DNA of 37,181 nt, taken from NCBI GenBank assembly GCA_039679385.1, contig JBDKVB010000089.1, positions 1 to 37,181 of the forward strand. The letters are read 5' to 3'. Below the pieces are notes generated by a model. It searched no databases. It saw nothing but the letters and a program-made list of their open reading frames with translations, and was not told where the DNA came from. This DNA is from Armatimonadia bacterium (GTDB taxonomy: Bacteria; Armatimonadota; Zipacnadia; Zipacnadales; JABUFB01). A program made the position numbers and the translations under genes. The number at the start of each line of letters is the position of its first letter. The first letter of the stretch is position 1. Below, in pieces: positions 35,560 to 37,181 of this stretch.

Positions 35560-37074
35560 GTGCAAGGCGAACTCAGGCGACCAGCCGCGACGTCGCAGCG
35601 CCCTCCGATCCTTCGACACGCAGCCGACCGGGTACTGTTTGCCCTGGCTCTCCTGACGGCGGCCCTTCCGGCCTCCGCGCAGTGGCCCGGTGCCGTGACC
35701 GTGAAGTCCTGTGGTGCGACCGGCGACGGGCAGACCGACGACACAGCCGCCTTCCAGTCAGCTCTGGACCAGGCTGCCGCCTGCGGTGGGCCGGTGCTCG
35801 TCGCCCCGGTGAAGCCCGGCGCGGGCTATGTGATCACCCATACCCTCACGCTCAAGCCGGGCGTCAGTCTGCTCGGTGCACCGGCGGGAATGCCCTTCAT
35901 GGCCTGGGAGGGTGTCCCGCGCGAGAAGCAGACCGGTGCGGTCCTCCTGGCTCGTCCTCGGCGTGAGGACTGGTCTGGGCCACGCAAGGCGCCGCTGTTC
36001 TACCTCGAAGGCGGCAATACCGTGCGGGGGCTCTACATCCTCTACGACCAGCAGCCCTGGCCGTCGGATCAGGAGTTCGACGATCCCGCTTCGCCCTACC
36101 ACTATGAAAGCGTCGACCAGATCCAGGCCCGGTTTCTCCCCGAGCACGTCACGCCCTGCGGCCCGACCATCAGCGTCAAGCCCGGGGTCGCCTCGACCAC
36201 CATCGAGGACATCACCTGCGGACGCTACTACGACTTCTTCTATGCTCCGGCCGGGGGCAAGATCGTCGTGGATCGCTGCTACCTGTTCGGGTACCGTCGG
36301 GCCTTCGCGCTGCGTGAGGCTCGGGATGTGGTGCGCATCTCCCAGGTGCATATCGTTCCGAACGTGGAGCAGCCCATCTCGTGGCAACACGCCAAGCTCC
36401 ACGCGGCGATCACCGCTCAGCCCGAGAACATCGCTTTCGACTTCGGCGCAGTGGACGGCTACGCACTCAACGACGTCACCGTCTTCCTGTGTCACACCGG
36501 CTTCAAGCTCGGGGCCGACGAGAGCCGGCCCTTCACCGATCTACTGACCGGCGAGAAGGTCACCTTCCCCTGGGGTCAGGGGCCCTGGGGCTCGATGCAC
36601 AACATCAAGCTGGACAACTGCGTGGTGGGTTTTGACTGCGTGCAGGGAACGATCCTACCGAACCAACTGAGCAACGTGATGGTCCACAGCAGCATTGCTA
36701 CCTCGCAGACCTTCGCTGCTGAAGGTGGGCCGGTCTCGCGCCAGGCGGCCTTCGTCCTCAATCCGGGCTTCGCGGGCGCTACGCTTCAGATCAGCAACCT
36801 CTCCCTGAGTTCCTTTGCCCCGAGCCGTGTGGTCAGCACAGCCAGGATGGTTGAGCCGGGTAACGGACGCGCCTTCCTCCTGGACTGCCCGACCGGCCAG
36901 CCGAAGGTCAACTACGCTACCCGTGACGAGGCGCACCTGGAGATCTTCGGCCTCGTGATCAGCAACATCCCCGACACTCACCTGGTAGCGCGAACCGCCG
37001 GCACCACAACCAGGGTGCGGGTTCGCGGGTTCGTACACAACGGCCTCGCCCGAGAGGACGGCACGCTCCCCTAG
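35560..37074 (+). CDS. Secreted right-handed beta-helix protein of the pectate-lyase superfamily (Pectate_lyase_3-like), a putative polysaccharide-active enzyme.
   Basis: GTG start with a GAAGGAGG RBS 8 nt upstream. Signal peptide ...VLFALALLTAALPASAQ. The N-terminal motif VKSCGATGDGQTDDTAAFQSALDQAA is characteristic of this fold. Confidence 0.72.
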   Translation: MQGELRRPAATSQRPPILRHAADRVLFALALLTAALPASAQWPGAVTVKSCGATGDGQTDDTAAFQSALDQAAACGGPVLVAPVKPGAGYVITHTLTLKPGVSLLGAPAGMPFMAWEGVPREKQTGAVLLARPRREDWSGPRKAPLFYLEGGNTVRGLYILYDQQPWPSDQEFDDPASPYHYESVDQIQARFLPEHVTPCGPTISVKPGVASTTIEDITCGRYYDFFYAPAGGKIVVDRCYLFGYRRAFALREARDVVRISQVHIVPNVEQPISWQHAKLHAAITAQPENIAFDFGAVDGYALNDVTVFLCHTGFKLGADESRPFTDLLTGEKVTFPWGQGPWGSMHNIKLDNCVVGFDCVQGTILPNQLSNVMVHSSIATSQTFAAEGGPVSRQAAFVLNPGFAGATLQISNLSLSSFAPSRVVSTARMVEPGNGRAFLLDCPTGQPKVNYATRDEAHLEIFGLVISNIPDTHLVARTAGTTTRVRVRGFVHNGLAREDGTLP

Positions 37075-37181
37075 AAGAGGGAGATCGCGCTATCCGGAGC
37101 TCGCGCTCAGCAGAACTCTCCGAAGGGTCGGTCGAAGGTCGTGAGCCAGTCGGTGAGTCGCTTCTTCATGTCTGACAGGAT

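Noticed and set aside
37107-37181. Open minus-strand frame at the right edge (...ILSDMKKRLTDWLTTFDRPFGEFC*), a possible C-terminus of a gene extending beyond the window.
   Set aside because: Only 24 codons are visible. Open frames of this length are expected by chance at this GC content, so it is not callable.

Overview
High-GC (~65%) bacterial chromosomal segment, densely coded, with no IS elements, integrases, CRISPR arrays or rRNA. Left to right: (1) a minus-strand sugar-acid catabolic cluster of two enolase-superfamily dehydratases (DgoD-like, truncated at the window start, and ManD-like) plus an SDR-type NAD epimerase/dehydrogenase. (2) A minus-strand three-gene operon: coiled-coil protein, NfeD/YqiJ-like membrane protein, flotillin. 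The NfeD-like protein carries an unusual His-Asp hexapeptide tandem repeat encoded by 18-bp DNA repeats. (3) Nucleoside hydrolase, tRNA-Leu(CAG) with a near-consensus promoter and terminator, and hflX. (4) A hypothetical protein, an acyl-ACP-reductase (AAR)-family homolog, lysS, a UbiA-family decaprenyl-phosphate phosphoribosyltransferase-like enzyme, a candidate 63-aa membrane ORF, and a non-pyrrolysine MttB-family methyltransferase. (5) A secreted multidomain GH5-like glycoside hydrolase. (6) valS, preceded by what reads as a T-box riboswitch leader (exact GGGUGGUACCGCGG box plus terminator). (7) A second SDR epimerase, then lon-clpX-clpP-tig, with an attenuator-like terminator between clpX and lon. 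(8) A seven-gene tRNA operon (Pro-Gly-Arg-His-Arg-Lys-Leu) with a consensus promoter. (9) A cold-shock protein with a long 5'UTR. (10) An 836-aa secreted protein of unknown function with PGMEG-type Ala/Gly/Pro-rich low-complexity linkers. (11) A HIT-family protein, whose real start is a TTG downstream of the ORF-track start. (12) A secreted pectate-lyase-fold (beta-helix) protein. Because of the GC content, many long ORFs in the six-frame track are antisense shadows of real genes and were rejected. No canonical defence or mobile system is visible. The best candidates for novelty are the HD-repeat NfeD/flotillin operon variant, the orphan AAR homolog, the orphan MttB-family enzyme and the PGMEG-repeat secreted protein.
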